From: a bacterium
Lineage (GTDB): Bacteria; Patescibacteriota; Minisyncoccia; Phycocordibacterales; UBA12079
Length of the DNA stretch: 64,000 nt
Direction: 5' to 3'
NCBI GenBank assembly: GCA_018401295.1
Contig: JAGYLJ010000003.1
Location: 3,327 to 67,326, forward strand
Of the stretch, positions 1-8,957 are shown in pieces (the first letter of the stretch is position 1; every line of letters begins with the position of its first letter). The notes below the pieces were generated by a model. It did no database searches. It worked only from the letters and a program-made list of their open reading frames with translations, and was not told where the DNA came from. A program made the position numbers and the translations under genes.

Positions 1-1274
1 TCATAATCTTTCAATTCCGCAATTTTAGTTCTAGCCACTTCCAAGGATTCTTCGAGCATATCAGTCCCTTTAATATTTTTCCCACTTCTAGAACTAGTCT
101 TTTTCCCATCCATCAATAACCATCCAAAATGAACATGGAAATATTTATCTTTGAATTTTTCATCAAAAGTTTCCAGTATTTTTATAACAGCTTTGAAATG
201 ATCTTTCTGTTCTATTGCAGTTAAAGTAATATTTGAGTATAAATCAGGATAATCCTGAAATTTTTGAAAACCTAAAGACAAATCTTTTGCCATGTAAGTT
301 GGGTTGCCCTCGCTAGTCTGTACCACCCAAATATTTAAACCTTCTTTTTCACCGTCATAAATAATAGCTCCCTGACTTTCTTTAAAAATTTTCCCAACAT
401 TTTGATTGACTATTTTTTTAGCATTTTCAAATACTTGGCTTTCTGGATATTGTTTATCGAAAAAAACCCCCAAATTTTCAAAAACAGATTTTTGATGCTC
501 CAAACTCCAAATCTTTATTTTTTCATATAACTCAGTTGCCTCTGTTTTATTATTATTGTAAATATCTAAATTTATCTTTCTAATTTCATCTTCACTTTTT
601 TCAAAATTTTCTGAAGCATAGACATAGGCATCAGCAATGAATTCCATTTTTTTATGTTCATTCCAAGTTCCAAAATTTTCTGGCAAACCTTTTTTAATTA
701 CCCCCCAGGTACACTTTGCTGTGTGCATCCCAATATCCCCATAATAATTTGTCTTAATAACCCCATAGCCCAAGTTTTCAATCAAGTTGCAAACCGATAA
801 ACCAGATATCGTCCCTTTGATATGCCCAACTGTGAAAGCTTTATGGGTATTAGGTTGTCCAAACTCAACCATTATCTTCTCTGGATGTTCTAATATCAAA
901 TTATCAAATTTTCCATAACTTTCTTTTTTAATTAAAATTTTATTTAACTCTTTAATAAAAAAATCATTTTTAAATTTAAAATTAACGAATCCTGGTGCAA
1001 CGGCATTAATACTTTCCAGAAAGTCAGACTTATCAAATTTTTTAACTATGTCCTGAGCAATTTCCAAAGGGCTCTTTTTTAAAATACCAGCCAATGCCAT
1101 TGCTACATTTGTCGCATAGTCCCCATGAGATTCTTCTAACGGTTGTTCCACGACAAAAAGAACATCCTCTTCTATTTTATAATCTTTTATGATTTCAAAT
1201 AATTTTTGTCGAATTATTTCCTGAGAGGGATTTACATAATCAGTATTTTTTTGTAATAATTGTGTTATATTCAT
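1..1274 (-). CDS. argS: Arginine--tRNA ligase, N-terminal about 424 aa; the C-terminus runs off the window edge. Not in the ORF track because no stop lies in the window.
   Basis: My reverse-strand translation from the ATG at 1274 gives MNITQLLQKNTDYVNPSQEIIRQKLFEII...EFGQPNTHKAFTVGHIKGTISGLSVCNLIENLGY. This matches the ArgRS add-1 N-domain plus the class-I HIGH-region variant (E-F-x-x-P-N-x-x-K-x-x-H-V-G-H). Confidence 0.8.
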   Translation of the reverse strand, partial: MNITQLLQKNTDYVNPSQEIIRQKLFEIIKDYKIEEDVLFVVEQPLEESHGDYATNVAMALAGILKKSPLEIAQDIVKKFDKSDFLESINAVAPGFVNFKFKNDFFIKELNKILIKKESYGKFDNLILEHPEKIMVEFGQPNTHKAFTVGHIKGTISGLSVCNLIENLGYGVIKTNYYGDIGMHTAKCTWGVIKKGLPENFGTWNEHKKMEFIADAYVYASENFEKSEDEIRKINLDIYNNNKTEATELYEKIKIWSLEHQKSVFENLGVFFDKQYPESQVFENAKKIVNQNVGKIFKESQGAIIYDGEKEGLNIWVVQTSEGNPTYMAKDLSLGFQKFQDYPDLYSNITLTAIEQKDHFKAVIKILETFDEKFKDKYFHVHFGWLLMDGKKTSSRSGKNIKGTDMLEESLEVARTKIAELKDY

Positions 1275-1298
1275 TGTTGTAATAATAACATATTGTCT

Positions 1299-1592
1299 AT
1301 GGATAGGAAATTTCAAAGGAAAATAGAGGATTTCACTTGCGAAAATTGCGGATCTGAAATCACAGGAGACGGTTATACCAATCACTGCCCTATTTGTTTG
1401 TGGAGTAAACACGTTGATATCAACCCCGGAGATAGAGCCTCTATTTGTCAAGGTTTAATGGAACCAATTGCTTTAGAAAATAAGAGTGGGGAACAAATTA
1501 TTGTCCATCGTTGCGTTATCTGCGGATACCAGAAAAAAAATAAAACCTCAAAAGAAGATTCTTTTGAGGAATTACTTAACATCACTTTTTAA
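1299..1592 (+). CDS. RNHCP-domain zinc-ribbon protein (start taken at the internal ATG MDRKFQ; the track ORF starts at 1260)
   Basis: CENCGS...NHCPIC...CVICGY: three to four CxxC pairs including the RNHCP signature. Divergent from argS. Confidence 0.5.
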   Translation: MDRKFQRKIEDFTCENCGSEITGDGYTNHCPICLWSKHVDINPGDRASICQGLMEPIALENKSGEQIIVHRCVICGYQKKNKTSKEDSFEELLNITF

Positions 1593-1594
1593 TA

Positions 1595-2431
1595 TTATTT
1601 AAATAAAATAGGTATTTCAAGTGCGTTGTCGTATTCTGGTAAATCGGAAGGATTATCTTTCTTTAGGATAAGAGCACCTCTATTGCTATAGTCCGGCTTA
1701 ATAAATTCTAAATTAGCAGTAAATGGAACAAATTCTTCTGTCATCCAATCATCCGTAGCTGTTGCAACACCTTCCGCAATAATCAAACCATCCCAATTCA
1801 CAAGTATTACAGGGAAACTAGCTTCAAAAAACCAAGTCCCGCGAGCCTGACCTTTTATTACTAATGGACTAGAGATTTCTTCCCCGGGGAGAGGTGTACT
1901 TAATTGAATCAGATCTAATACTTCAAGCACATTACCAACGTCCTCAGTGAATACTTCCACACTTTGTTGATCCTGACATTGTCTTGGATAAGATTCCATT
2001 ATTGCATTCCCAGCCTCTACGCAAGAATTAAAATCAACAACTTCTATTATCGGAAGATTTGAAAATTTACAAACCCCGACACACTGAGCAGTACAAGCAA
2101 CTAAAGGATCATTATTATGACGACAACCTGATTCACACTCACTATAAATACCTTGGTTCCCATCACACCACGTTTTATCAACCTGTTCACATTCTTTTTG
2201 TTCGGATAGCCACCCCCCGTTATTTATTTCACAAGAATCAGCTAAAAAATCAAAAACATTTAAATCATCCTCTATTCCACAAGGAGTATCGGGCTTCTCA
2301 GTAGATGGGTTACCATGTTTAGTCCATTCACCGCTTTCACAAGTCCAAGTATTCTCATCTCCCCTCAAAAATAAAACTGCAGTAGCAAGAACAGCCAAAG
2401 TTAAAATTGTAAAAATTATTTTTTTCATCAT
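1595..2431 (-). CDS. Secreted Cys-rich protein with a C-terminal Gmad2-type immunoglobulin-like domain
   Basis: N-terminal signal peptide (MMKKIIFTILTLAVLATAVLF), then about 16 Cys in 140 aa. The C-terminus LVIKGQARGTWFFEASFPVILVNWDGLIIAEGVATATDDWMTEEFVPFTANLEF resembles the Gmad2 Ig-like fold. Confidence 0.55.
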   Translation of the reverse strand: MMKKIIFTILTLAVLATAVLFLRGDENTWTCESGEWTKHGNPSTEKPDTPCGIEDDLNVFDFLADSCEINNGGWLSEQKECEQVDKTWCDGNQGIYSECESGCRHNNDPLVACTAQCVGVCKFSNLPIIEVVDFNSCVEAGNAIMESYPRQCQDQQSVEVFTEDVGNVLEVLDLIQLSTPLPGEEISSPLVIKGQARGTWFFEASFPVILVNWDGLIIAEGVATATDDWMTEEFVPFTANLEFIKPDYSNRGALILKKDNPSDLPEYDNALEIPILFK

Positions 2432-2442
2432 TATGGTTTAAA

Positions 2443-2853
2443 TTATTTTATTAAAGGTAATTTATTTTTTTTCCACTCTAAAAGGCCATCCTTCATATCT
2501 TTGACATCTTTGAAACCTAATGTAGTTAAAATATTAAAAATAACCTGACTACGAGAGCCACTTCGACAATAAACAATTATAGGTAGGTTTTTCTTTTTAG
2601 TTAAACCAATTGTTTCTATATCTTTTAAGAAATCCTCAGATAAATTAAGTAAGATAGATCCCTCTATATGACCAGTTTTATATTCCGTTGGAGTTCTCAC
2701 GTCTAATAAAGTAAAGTCCTCCTTTTTCTTTACTTTTTTATATAAATCCCCTACTGATATAAACTCGTTACTATCCTCTTTTTTCATGAACTCATTATAC
2801 CACAGATTCCTTTTTTTGTTACCTTCCTCTTGGTAGGATTGCCGAAGAGACAA
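2443..2853 (-). CDS. Single-domain rhodanese (sulfurtransferase). The true start may be the internal Met at about 2787.
   Basis: LLDVRTPTEYKTGHIEGS...IIVYCRSGSRSQ (CRSGxR active-site loop). Confidence 0.7.
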   Translation of the reverse strand: MSLRQSYQEEGNKKRNLWYNEFMKKEDSNEFISVGDLYKKVKKKEDFTLLDVRTPTEYKTGHIEGSILLNLSEDFLKDIETIGLTKKKNLPIIVYCRSGSRSQVIFNILTTLGFKDVKDMKDGLLEWKKNKLPLIK

Positions 2854-2905
2854 TTTTTCATTTTAATTTCACCAAATACAGAATTAGTGGTATAATCATA
2901 TTAAT

Positions 2906-3829
2906 ATGAAATCTTTTTTTTACAATGTTTGGACAATTTATTCAATATTTATTTTGATTATAGCTTCTTCAGCCTTTGCTATTTACTATTTAATTGAAAT
3001 GGGAAATAACCAAATAATACTGATAGATGAGAAAATTTCCTCAATAAATTCAGACATAAAATCTATTGCAGAAAATTTAGCTTCAACTACAGAAAGATTA
3101 CAAGGTAATATAACCCAAACTTATAGTGACCTATCATTAGCTCTAGGTAATGAAAGAAAAAATGTAGATGAAATAGAAGCTCTTCTCGGTATTTACAAAC
3201 AAGAAGTTGGGGATATTACCGGAACAGTCACTAATCTTGAAAAATTAAGCAAAACGGATCCAGAATTACTTCAAAAATATTCAAAAGTATTTTTCCTTAA
3301 TGAACATTATGCTCCTGCGCGTTTAGTTGAAATTCCTGATAATTACGAATACTTTGAATCCAAACACTCTAAAATAAGTTCTCAAGTTTGGCCTTACTTA
3401 GAAAGTATGCTAAAAAATTCTGGTTTAGAAATCTATGTTTATTCAGCCTACCGTTCTTTTGATGAACAAAACGCCCTTAAAGGACAATACGCTGTTATTT
3501 ACGGAGAAGGTACCGCTAATCAATTTTCAGCCGATCAAGGCTACTCAGAACATCAATTAGGAACAACTGTAGATTTAATTACAACTGGAATTAGCGGAGT
3601 ATTAGAAGACTTTGGAGGAACCAACGCTTATCAATGGCTTTTAAATAATGCTTACAAATACGGATTTGTTCTTTCATACCCTGATAACAATGATTATTAT
3701 GTTTACGAACCGTGGCACTGGCGTTTTGTAGGAGTTAAATTAGCTACTGACTTACACAATAGCGGAAAAAGTTTTTACGATTTAACACAAAGAGAAATTG
3801 ACGAGTATTTAATAAATTTGTTTGAATAA
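2906..3829 (+). CDS. Membrane-anchored D-alanyl-D-alanine carboxypeptidase, peptidase M15 (VanY-like)
   Basis: N-terminal TM, then YSAYRSFDEQ...SEHQLGTTVDL...EPWHWRF, which is the M15B Zn-binding H/D/H pattern. Confidence 0.75.
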   Translation: MKSFFYNVWTIYSIFILIIASSAFAIYYLIEMGNNQIILIDEKISSINSDIKSIAENLASTTERLQGNITQTYSDLSLALGNERKNVDEIEALLGIYKQEVGDITGTVTNLEKLSKTDPELLQKYSKVFFLNEHYAPARLVEIPDNYEYFESKHSKISSQVWPYLESMLKNSGLEIYVYSAYRSFDEQNALKGQYAVIYGEGTANQFSADQGYSEHQLGTTVDLITTGISGVLEDFGGTNAYQWLLNNAYKYGFVLSYPDNNDYYVYEPWHWRFVGVKLATDLHNSGKSFYDLTQREIDEYLINLFE

Positions 3830-3905
3830 AAAATTTATAGAAATTAAGAAAAGCCAACTCACAAGCGAGTTAGCTTTTTGTTTATAGACGATTTCAAAGA
3901 TTAAC

Positions 3906-4246
3906 TTACATCTCAACCCCATCTTTTCGGTGTCCATCAGAGATGAAGACAGAGGGCACACCACTTAAAACTTTTTCTTCCATTATTTTAGATTTCGCCG
4001 GTTCAGCCTCATATGACCCTACCAAAAGGCCTATATCGATCAAAACGGACATAGCATCAGCAAGGCAACCCTCCAGAAGTTTCCGATCCGAACCCAGTTC
4101 AACGGCTTTTTGAGCCGAGAATTCGGTCTCTTTCTGAAATTTTTCAAATTCTGCCCACCAGTCATTAATGAATGATTCCCCTTTTGTAACTTATTTTTTG
4201 TCACCTCCAGTTTCAAAAGATTCTGAACTCGGAAAAAATTCTTCAT
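3906..4246 (-). pseudogene. Possible degraded coding remnant in a GC-richer segment: broken frames with no credible start
   Basis: Reverse frames read ...DWWAEFEKFQKETEFSAQKAVELGSDRKLLEGCLADAMSVLIDIGLLVGSYEAEPAKSKIMEEKVLSGVPSVFISDGHRKDGVEM* with no in-frame start. A second frame carries MKNFFRVQNLLKLEVTK. Composition differs from the flanks. Confidence 0.25.
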
Positions 4247-4414
4247 CTAAACTCCATCGCACCCCCTCCTTTCTATTATGGTCTTCTCCAGATCGTTAAA
4301 TAAGAACATCTACAGAACCTTCCATTGTTAAACCAAAAATTAATTATTGAGTCAATAAAATAAAAAGTAGCCGGCTTGCTTACACAAGTCGGCTACTATA
4401 GAAAGAAAAAGGAG

Positions 4415-5044
4415 TTATTCCTCTTCAATGTGGGCGCCATCGGTGGCCCCGACACCGTTTTTGCCATTCAAAGCTTCCAAAACGGGTTGAAGACGTTTCG
4501 TCACCTCTTTCCCAGAACCTAATAATACTTCCTTGAGGGACTGAAGAGCTTTCTCATTCATTGCCTTTTCGGCTCTAATGGCGCGATCTTTTTCCTCCAG
4601 AACCCTATCTGTTCGTCGAATCTGGTGGCGAAGATGACCGAGCGTATCCTCGTAGTCCCTGAGATCCCGGATCAAACCATTGACTCTTTCCTGGTCACCC
4701 TTGGCCCGCTCTTCGGATCGTTCCTCAACATCCTTGAGTCTCTTGGTCTTTTCTTCCAACTCACTATGCAAAGCGCTGATGGCTTGGGAAAAATGTGCAA
4801 ACTGCGCTTCACCCTTGGCCTTTTCCCCGACGACGCTGGCATCTGCCGAGATGTGTTCCGGTTCCTTGGTTTTGACTTTGAGATTCAGTTTATTAAGAAG
4901 ATCCCCAAAATCGCTGGGCATACCTCTGGGTATACTGCCTCTCATACCTCTTGGCATATCACCACTGAGAAAATCAAAACCGTCAAAATCATCGTCTTCC
5001 AAAATACCTTCCAAAATCGCCCTTTTGACCATTTCTGCATTCAT
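4415..5044 (-). CDS. Hypothetical coiled-coil protein encoded in GC-rich DNA; family not recognised
   Basis: 209-aa ORF with an acidic N-terminus (EDDDFDGFDF) and a long charged heptad-like region (EEKTKRLKDVEERSEERAKGDQERVNGLIRDLRDYED...). Codon usage is G/C-rich, unlike neighbouring genes. Confidence 0.5.
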   Translation of the reverse strand: MNAEMVKRAILEGILEDDDFDGFDFLSGDMPRGMRGSIPRGMPSDFGDLLNKLNLKVKTKEPEHISADASVVGEKAKGEAQFAHFSQAISALHSELEEKTKRLKDVEERSEERAKGDQERVNGLIRDLRDYEDTLGHLRHQIRRTDRVLEEKDRAIRAEKAMNEKALQSLKEVLLGSGKEVTKRLQPVLEALNGKNGVGATDGAHIEEE

Positions 5045-5393
5045 TTTACTTTCCTCCTTTGTATTGTGGCTCTCTTGAGCCGTTTATGATAAGAACTTCT
5101 ACAAAACTTTTGGTATTTAATCATAAGTGCTAAATATTGTCAAGAAAAAAACCTGATGCCACGGTATCAGGTTTTAGACTTATTTCCTTAAAAACTTTGA
5201 ATTTCTATCCCTCACATCCGTTCGGGAAGCTGAAATTTTATAGTCGCTTTGCTTCTTAAAATGACTAGGATTCGGTCACAAATATTTTGCTTCGCAAAAT
5301 TTTGCGACCCCGACTCGGCTACAACTTTTTCGCAAGCTCAAAAATTGGCTTCGCGCCTCCGTCTTTCGAATTCTGTCTAGCAAAATAAAACAA

Positions 5394-5421
5394 AGACCCT
5401 AAAGCTATCGCTTTAGGGTCT
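5394..5421. terminator. Perfect 12-bp hairpin AGACCCTAAAGC-TATC-GCTTTAGGGTCT flanked by T-runs on both strands; terminator downstream of tRNA-Gln
   Basis: Inverted repeat read directly. TTTATTTTTC follows on the + strand and TTTGTTTTATTTT on the - strand. Confidence 0.5.
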
Positions 5422-5433
5422 TTATTTTTCTAG

Positions 5434-5504
5434 TTGCCAGACTAGGATTCGAACCTAGATACTCAGCTCCAAAAGCTGATGTCCTACCATTAGACGATCT
5501 GGCA
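5434..5504 (-). tRNA. tRNA-Gln (anticodon UUG)
   Basis: Manual cloverleaf: acceptor TGCCAGA/TCTGGCA, D arm GTCT-AATGGTA-GGAC, anticodon arm TCAGC-TTTTGGA-GCTGA, T arm CTAGG-TTCGAAT-CCTAG, discriminator A. No encoded CCA. Confidence 0.8.
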
Positions 5505-5591
5505 ATAATATTATTTATTTTACCTTTTTTCGTAATTTTAGCAATAAAAAATTCCGGATATGCTTTCACATATCCGGAATGTTTTCCTCCG

Positions 5592-6278
5592 TTAAGGTTT
5601 CTTCTTTTTGAGAACGAGAAAAGCAATTACCACAAACCCAAAAGCCATTAACACAGCCAAAGCCTTGAGGAGAAACCATGTATGTTCAAAGTTTGCAGTA
5701 TAATCTTGCGACTTTATCTCTACTTGAACCTTTCTATCAAGAAGTTTCTTTAAATCATTAACTATCAAAGTTAAAAATCCCTCTTGTTTTTTCTCGGCTT
5801 CAACCCTTCGTGTGTCTGATTCAATTAAGGCCCCAGCGATATCCTCCTGTTTTATTATAGTCCCCTCTGGAACACAAATTTTTAGCCGAACAATTCGACT
5901 ATTTACCCGTTGCCCAGATTGTTCGTCATAAGTGACGCCTTTTTTCACGGCAATGACGATATCTGGTCTTAGCCGTTTCAACCAACCCTCAACCTCATCG
6001 GCCCGTTTTGCAGCAAGTTCCTGGTTTTTTTGTGGCGTTCCTGTACTATCAGCAAAACCTTCCAAAGTTACAACGGCACCAGATTCGGGAATCAAACTAA
6101 CAAATTCCCTTAGTTGGTCCTGAATCTTTCTGGTTAACTGATATTTACCGGAATCAAAATATCCGGCGATAAAAACTTCTTTTACAGAAAATCTCTTCTC
6201 TTCTGCATTTGCAGAAAAAACAGAAACAAAAGAAAAGAAACTTATCAAAAAAACACTCACAACTATTTTTTTGCCCAT
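5592..6278 (-). CDS. OmpA/MotB-family peptidoglycan-binding protein with an N-terminal signal peptide and a C-terminal TM anchor
   Basis: GYFDSGKYQLT...VTLEGFADSTGTPQKNQELAAKRADEV is the OmpA-like domain. The C-terminus WFLLKALAVLMAFGFVVIAFLVLKKKKP is hydrophobic. GC-rich codons. Confidence 0.65.
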   Translation of the reverse strand: MGKKIVVSVFLISFFSFVSVFSANAEEKRFSVKEVFIAGYFDSGKYQLTRKIQDQLREFVSLIPESGAVVTLEGFADSTGTPQKNQELAAKRADEVEGWLKRLRPDIVIAVKKGVTYDEQSGQRVNSRIVRLKICVPEGTIIKQEDIAGALIESDTRRVEAEKKQEGFLTLIVNDLKKLLDRKVQVEIKSQDYTANFEHTWFLLKALAVLMAFGFVVIAFLVLKKKKP

Positions 6279-6424
6279 TTTTATCCCCCTCCTCTTTATT
6301 GGGTTAAACTGTTTTTATAAAAACCTTTTGACTTAATTTTGTTAATGTTAATGTACCTCTATTTCCTGTACGTGATATTACCACACATATAAAAGAATAT
6401 CAAGTCAACGGTAAGCAATAAAAA

Positions 6425-6456
6425 AACGGCAAAAGCTATAAATAGCTTTTGCCGTT
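6425..6456 (-). terminator. 15-bp perfect hairpin (AACGGCAAAAGCTAT/ATAGCTTTTGCCGTT) followed by a T-run on the minus strand
   Basis: Read directly; lies downstream of the lipoprotein gene stop. Confidence 0.5.
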
Positions 6457-6475
6457 CAAGTCACCCATGAATCCT

Positions 6476-6697
6476 CTATTCGTGAATAACGATTGTTCCA
6501 CCAGAAATGACGACATTACCGGGAGTTACTTGACCCTCACCCACGAAAACTTTGTGGGAAATTTTTTTCTCTACAGAAGAAATTCTCATCTCAACCGCAG
6601 ATAATCGCGAATCAAAAGACCGGATTTCCGTCTTTGTCACCAGACACCCTCCTAGGAATGGGAGGACTAGGAGGATTGCTAAATATCTTTTCTTCAT
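6476..6697 (-). CDS. Small lipoprotein (lipobox LGGC)
   Basis: MKKRYLAILLVLPFLGGC has a signal peptide with a lipobox Cys. 73 aa. Confidence 0.45.
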   Translation of the reverse strand: MKKRYLAILLVLPFLGGCLVTKTEIRSFDSRLSAVEMRISSVEKKISHKVFVGEGQVTPGNVVISGGTIVIHE

Positions 6698-6715
6698 TTG
6701 CTTTATCCCCCTTTC

Positions 6716-7534
6716 TTATTTGACGACGGTCTTGTTTCCTTCAAAAACCCTGTCAGCCTTCAGTGGTAGCACCCAGGTATTCCCATCGCGATGGGCCCCA
6801 CCGATACTTTTCTTCAGACGAGCCAACGCACCAGCGGTCCGTTTTTGCCGTTCGGTCAGGATGGTAAATTTTTTACCATTCTCTTCGGCAAGTTCAGCAG
6901 CCTTTTTATCTATCTGTTGCTGCTCGTTCTCGGCTGCCTTGGTCAGAAAGATCCCGTTCTTCGCATCGTATCCCATCCTCGCAATAAGAACGGCCTCTTC
7001 CGGAGTCCATCTCTCGTCTTTGTTGAGCTGAATTTCTGCCAAAGTCAAAGTTGAGGCCTGGTTTTTTCCCGCCATATCCAGCGCTTCGGTAGCGACAACT
7101 GAATTATCAGCCACCTGCTGAATAAACGGTTCCATTTCAGCTTTCATCTGGGGTTTGAAAAAGGTCTTATCAACCCCGTAACCAACCAGGATCATATCCG
7201 TAACGGGTCCATATTTCGATTTCAAATAGGCCTGTTCGAAAAATCCAAGTTTGTCCGTCGTGGCCTCTTCCAACGCACTGGTGGCCGTCTGGTTCATCTC
7301 AGCCACCTGAGTTTTCTGTTGCAACCCTGGAGTCAGGGTTGGTTCACCGGCGGCCCTTACTTCTGGAGGAGAAACCATTTCCCCGGCCAATCTAGCCCCA
7401 CTAGAGACAACAGCCTGAACATCTTTTGCTAAATCGTTACGACTTTCCTGCGAACCTGGTCCTCCCACGAAAACCAAGCCCATCACGCCAACAACAAACA
7501 ATACTCCAACGGTACTCAAAAATTTGTTAGACAT
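6716..7534 (-). CDS. N-terminally membrane-anchored hypothetical protein (GC-rich)
   Basis: Single TM (VGVLFVVGVMGLVFVGG), then a 240-aa soluble domain with no motif I recognise. Same strand and compositional island as the OmpA-like and lipoprotein genes. Confidence 0.5.
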   Translation of the reverse strand: MSNKFLSTVGVLFVVGVMGLVFVGGPGSQESRNDLAKDVQAVVSSGARLAGEMVSPPEVRAAGEPTLTPGLQQKTQVAEMNQTATSALEEATTDKLGFFEQAYLKSKYGPVTDMILVGYGVDKTFFKPQMKAEMEPFIQQVADNSVVATEALDMAGKNQASTLTLAEIQLNKDERWTPEEAVLIARMGYDAKNGIFLTKAAENEQQQIDKKAAELAEENGKKFTILTERQKRTAGALARLKKSIGGAHRDGNTWVLPLKADRVFEGNKTVVK

Positions 7535-7700
7535 AACATGTCCTCCTTAAAAAAGAATTGAAAGTTTAAAGTCACCTTTGCCAAAAAATCTTTTCCTCAC
7601 CCCCTTTCTTTGTTACTCATTATTGATATTTAAAGAGCCTACTATTTTTCATAGTATGCCAGTTCCAAAGACTTGTCAAGTAAAAAATAACCAGAATCTT

Positions 7701-8747
7701 TTACACTGTTCCCTCTTTGTTTATTAGCTTTATTAACATTAATTCAAGCGGAAGTTGCGGAATATAAGATAATTTCACCTGAGATGAAACTTCAATTAAT
7801 TCTTTAATTAATTCTGCTTTTATATTTGAGTTCTTTTTTTGGCTTAATTCTTTTAAAAATTTAAAATCTCCCTCAGAAAAACTGTCTTCAATCCCCTTCT
7901 CCATATTTTTAGCAAATCTTAAGAGTAAAACTGCTCTTATTTTATGCAAAATCAACTTAAGAAAAACCTGCACATCAACACCATTTTCCACTGCCTGATT
8001 TAGAGCTTTGATCCCGTTATCTAAATCTCTCTCATCTAAAGAAAAAATAAAAATATTAACTAAAGCGCTATTAGGTGCTCCCGTAATTTTTTCCACTTCT
8101 TTAAGAGATATTTTTTTATCGGCAGAAGCGCTAATAATCTTTTGTAAAATTCCTAGAGTATCGCGGAAAGAGCCTTCACCCAACAAAGCAATCAATTCTT
8201 CTGTGCCTTTTTCTAAAACAAATTTCTCTTTCTTAGCTACGTCTAGGACAACTTCATTTAAAGTTTTTTGGGAAGGTTTTTTGAAAGTGAATGTCTGACA
8301 ACGCGACACAATAGTATCTGGAATTTTTTCAGCTTCAGTTGTAGCCAAAACAAAAACAACATGTTTAGGAGGTTCCTCTAATGTTTTTAAAAGTGCATTA
8401 AAAGCATCTTTAGTTAACATGTGGACCTCATCAATAATGTAAACCTTATAAGGAGATTCAAAAGGTAAAACGTTCACTGCATCACGCAATTCTCGAATAG
8501 CATCAATTCCACGGTTAGAGGCTGCATCTATTTCACTAAGATCGTTGACTGAACATTTTATTTCCTCCGCTAAAATTCTTGCTACAGTAGTTTTACCGGT
8601 ACCCCGAGTACCAGAAAATAAATAAGCATGAGCAATATTTCCCAGCTTAATAGCTTCTTTAAGGGTTTTGGTAATATGATCTTGACCTAAAACTTCAGAG
8701 AATTTTTGAGGTCGATATTTACGATATAATACTAAATTATTGTTCAT
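7701..8747 (-). CDS. dnaX: DNA polymerase III gamma/tau subunit, short form lacking the tau C-domains
   Basis: YRPQKFSEVLGQDHI...GTRGTGKTT (Walker A) ...IIDEVHML (Walker B). Confidence 0.85.
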   Translation of the reverse strand: MNNNLVLYRKYRPQKFSEVLGQDHITKTLKEAIKLGNIAHAYLFSGTRGTGKTTVARILAEEIKCSVNDLSEIDAASNRGIDAIRELRDAVNVLPFESPYKVYIIDEVHMLTKDAFNALLKTLEEPPKHVVFVLATTEAEKIPDTIVSRCQTFTFKKPSQKTLNEVVLDVAKKEKFVLEKGTEELIALLGEGSFRDTLGILQKIISASADKKISLKEVEKITGAPNSALVNIFIFSLDERDLDNGIKALNQAVENGVDVQVFLKLILHKIRAVLLLRFAKNMEKGIEDSFSEGDFKFLKELSQKKNSNIKAELIKELIEVSSQVKLSYIPQLPLELMLIKLINKEGTV

Positions 8748-8862
8748 TCTTAATATTATACACTAAATAAGAATTAAAATTAAAAATTCAAGAAACTTAC
8801 ATAATTTTTAATTTTTAATTTTGTAATTTTTAAATAATGCTTAAATTTTTAATTTTTAAACA

Positions 8863-8897
8863 AAACAATAGATTTTGCTTCGCAAAATCTATTGTTT
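8863..8897. terminator. 16-bp perfect palindrome AAACAATAGATTTTGC-TTC-GCAAAATCTATTGTTT with T-runs on both sides, inside an AT-rich spacer with repeats
   Basis: Read directly. It lies downstream of rnc and upstream of dnaX, so it could equally be an operator. Confidence 0.45.
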
Positions 8898-8957
8898 TTA
8901 GAAATTTTATCATTAAAAATTGATTTAAAATTAAAAATTTAAAATTAAAAATTTTTC

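Noticed and set aside
4625-5089. Two overlapping + strand ORFs (154 and 132 aa) antisense to the coiled-coil gene
   Set aside because: Long antisense open frames are expected in GC-rich DNA. They have no start context or motifs, and they fully overlap a better ORF on the opposite strand.
5405-5626. 73-aa minus-strand ORF overlapping tRNA-Gln
   Set aside because: It reads straight through a well-folded tRNA and its terminator; the translation is tRNA-derived low-complexity.
8748-8957. Possible SRP RNA (ffs) or other ncRNA upstream of dnaX, as in many bacteria
   Set aside because: The spacer is extremely AT-rich (repeated AATTAAAAATT). It lacks the GGAA tetraloop and AGCAGC domain-IV motif. 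Only a single palindrome is present.
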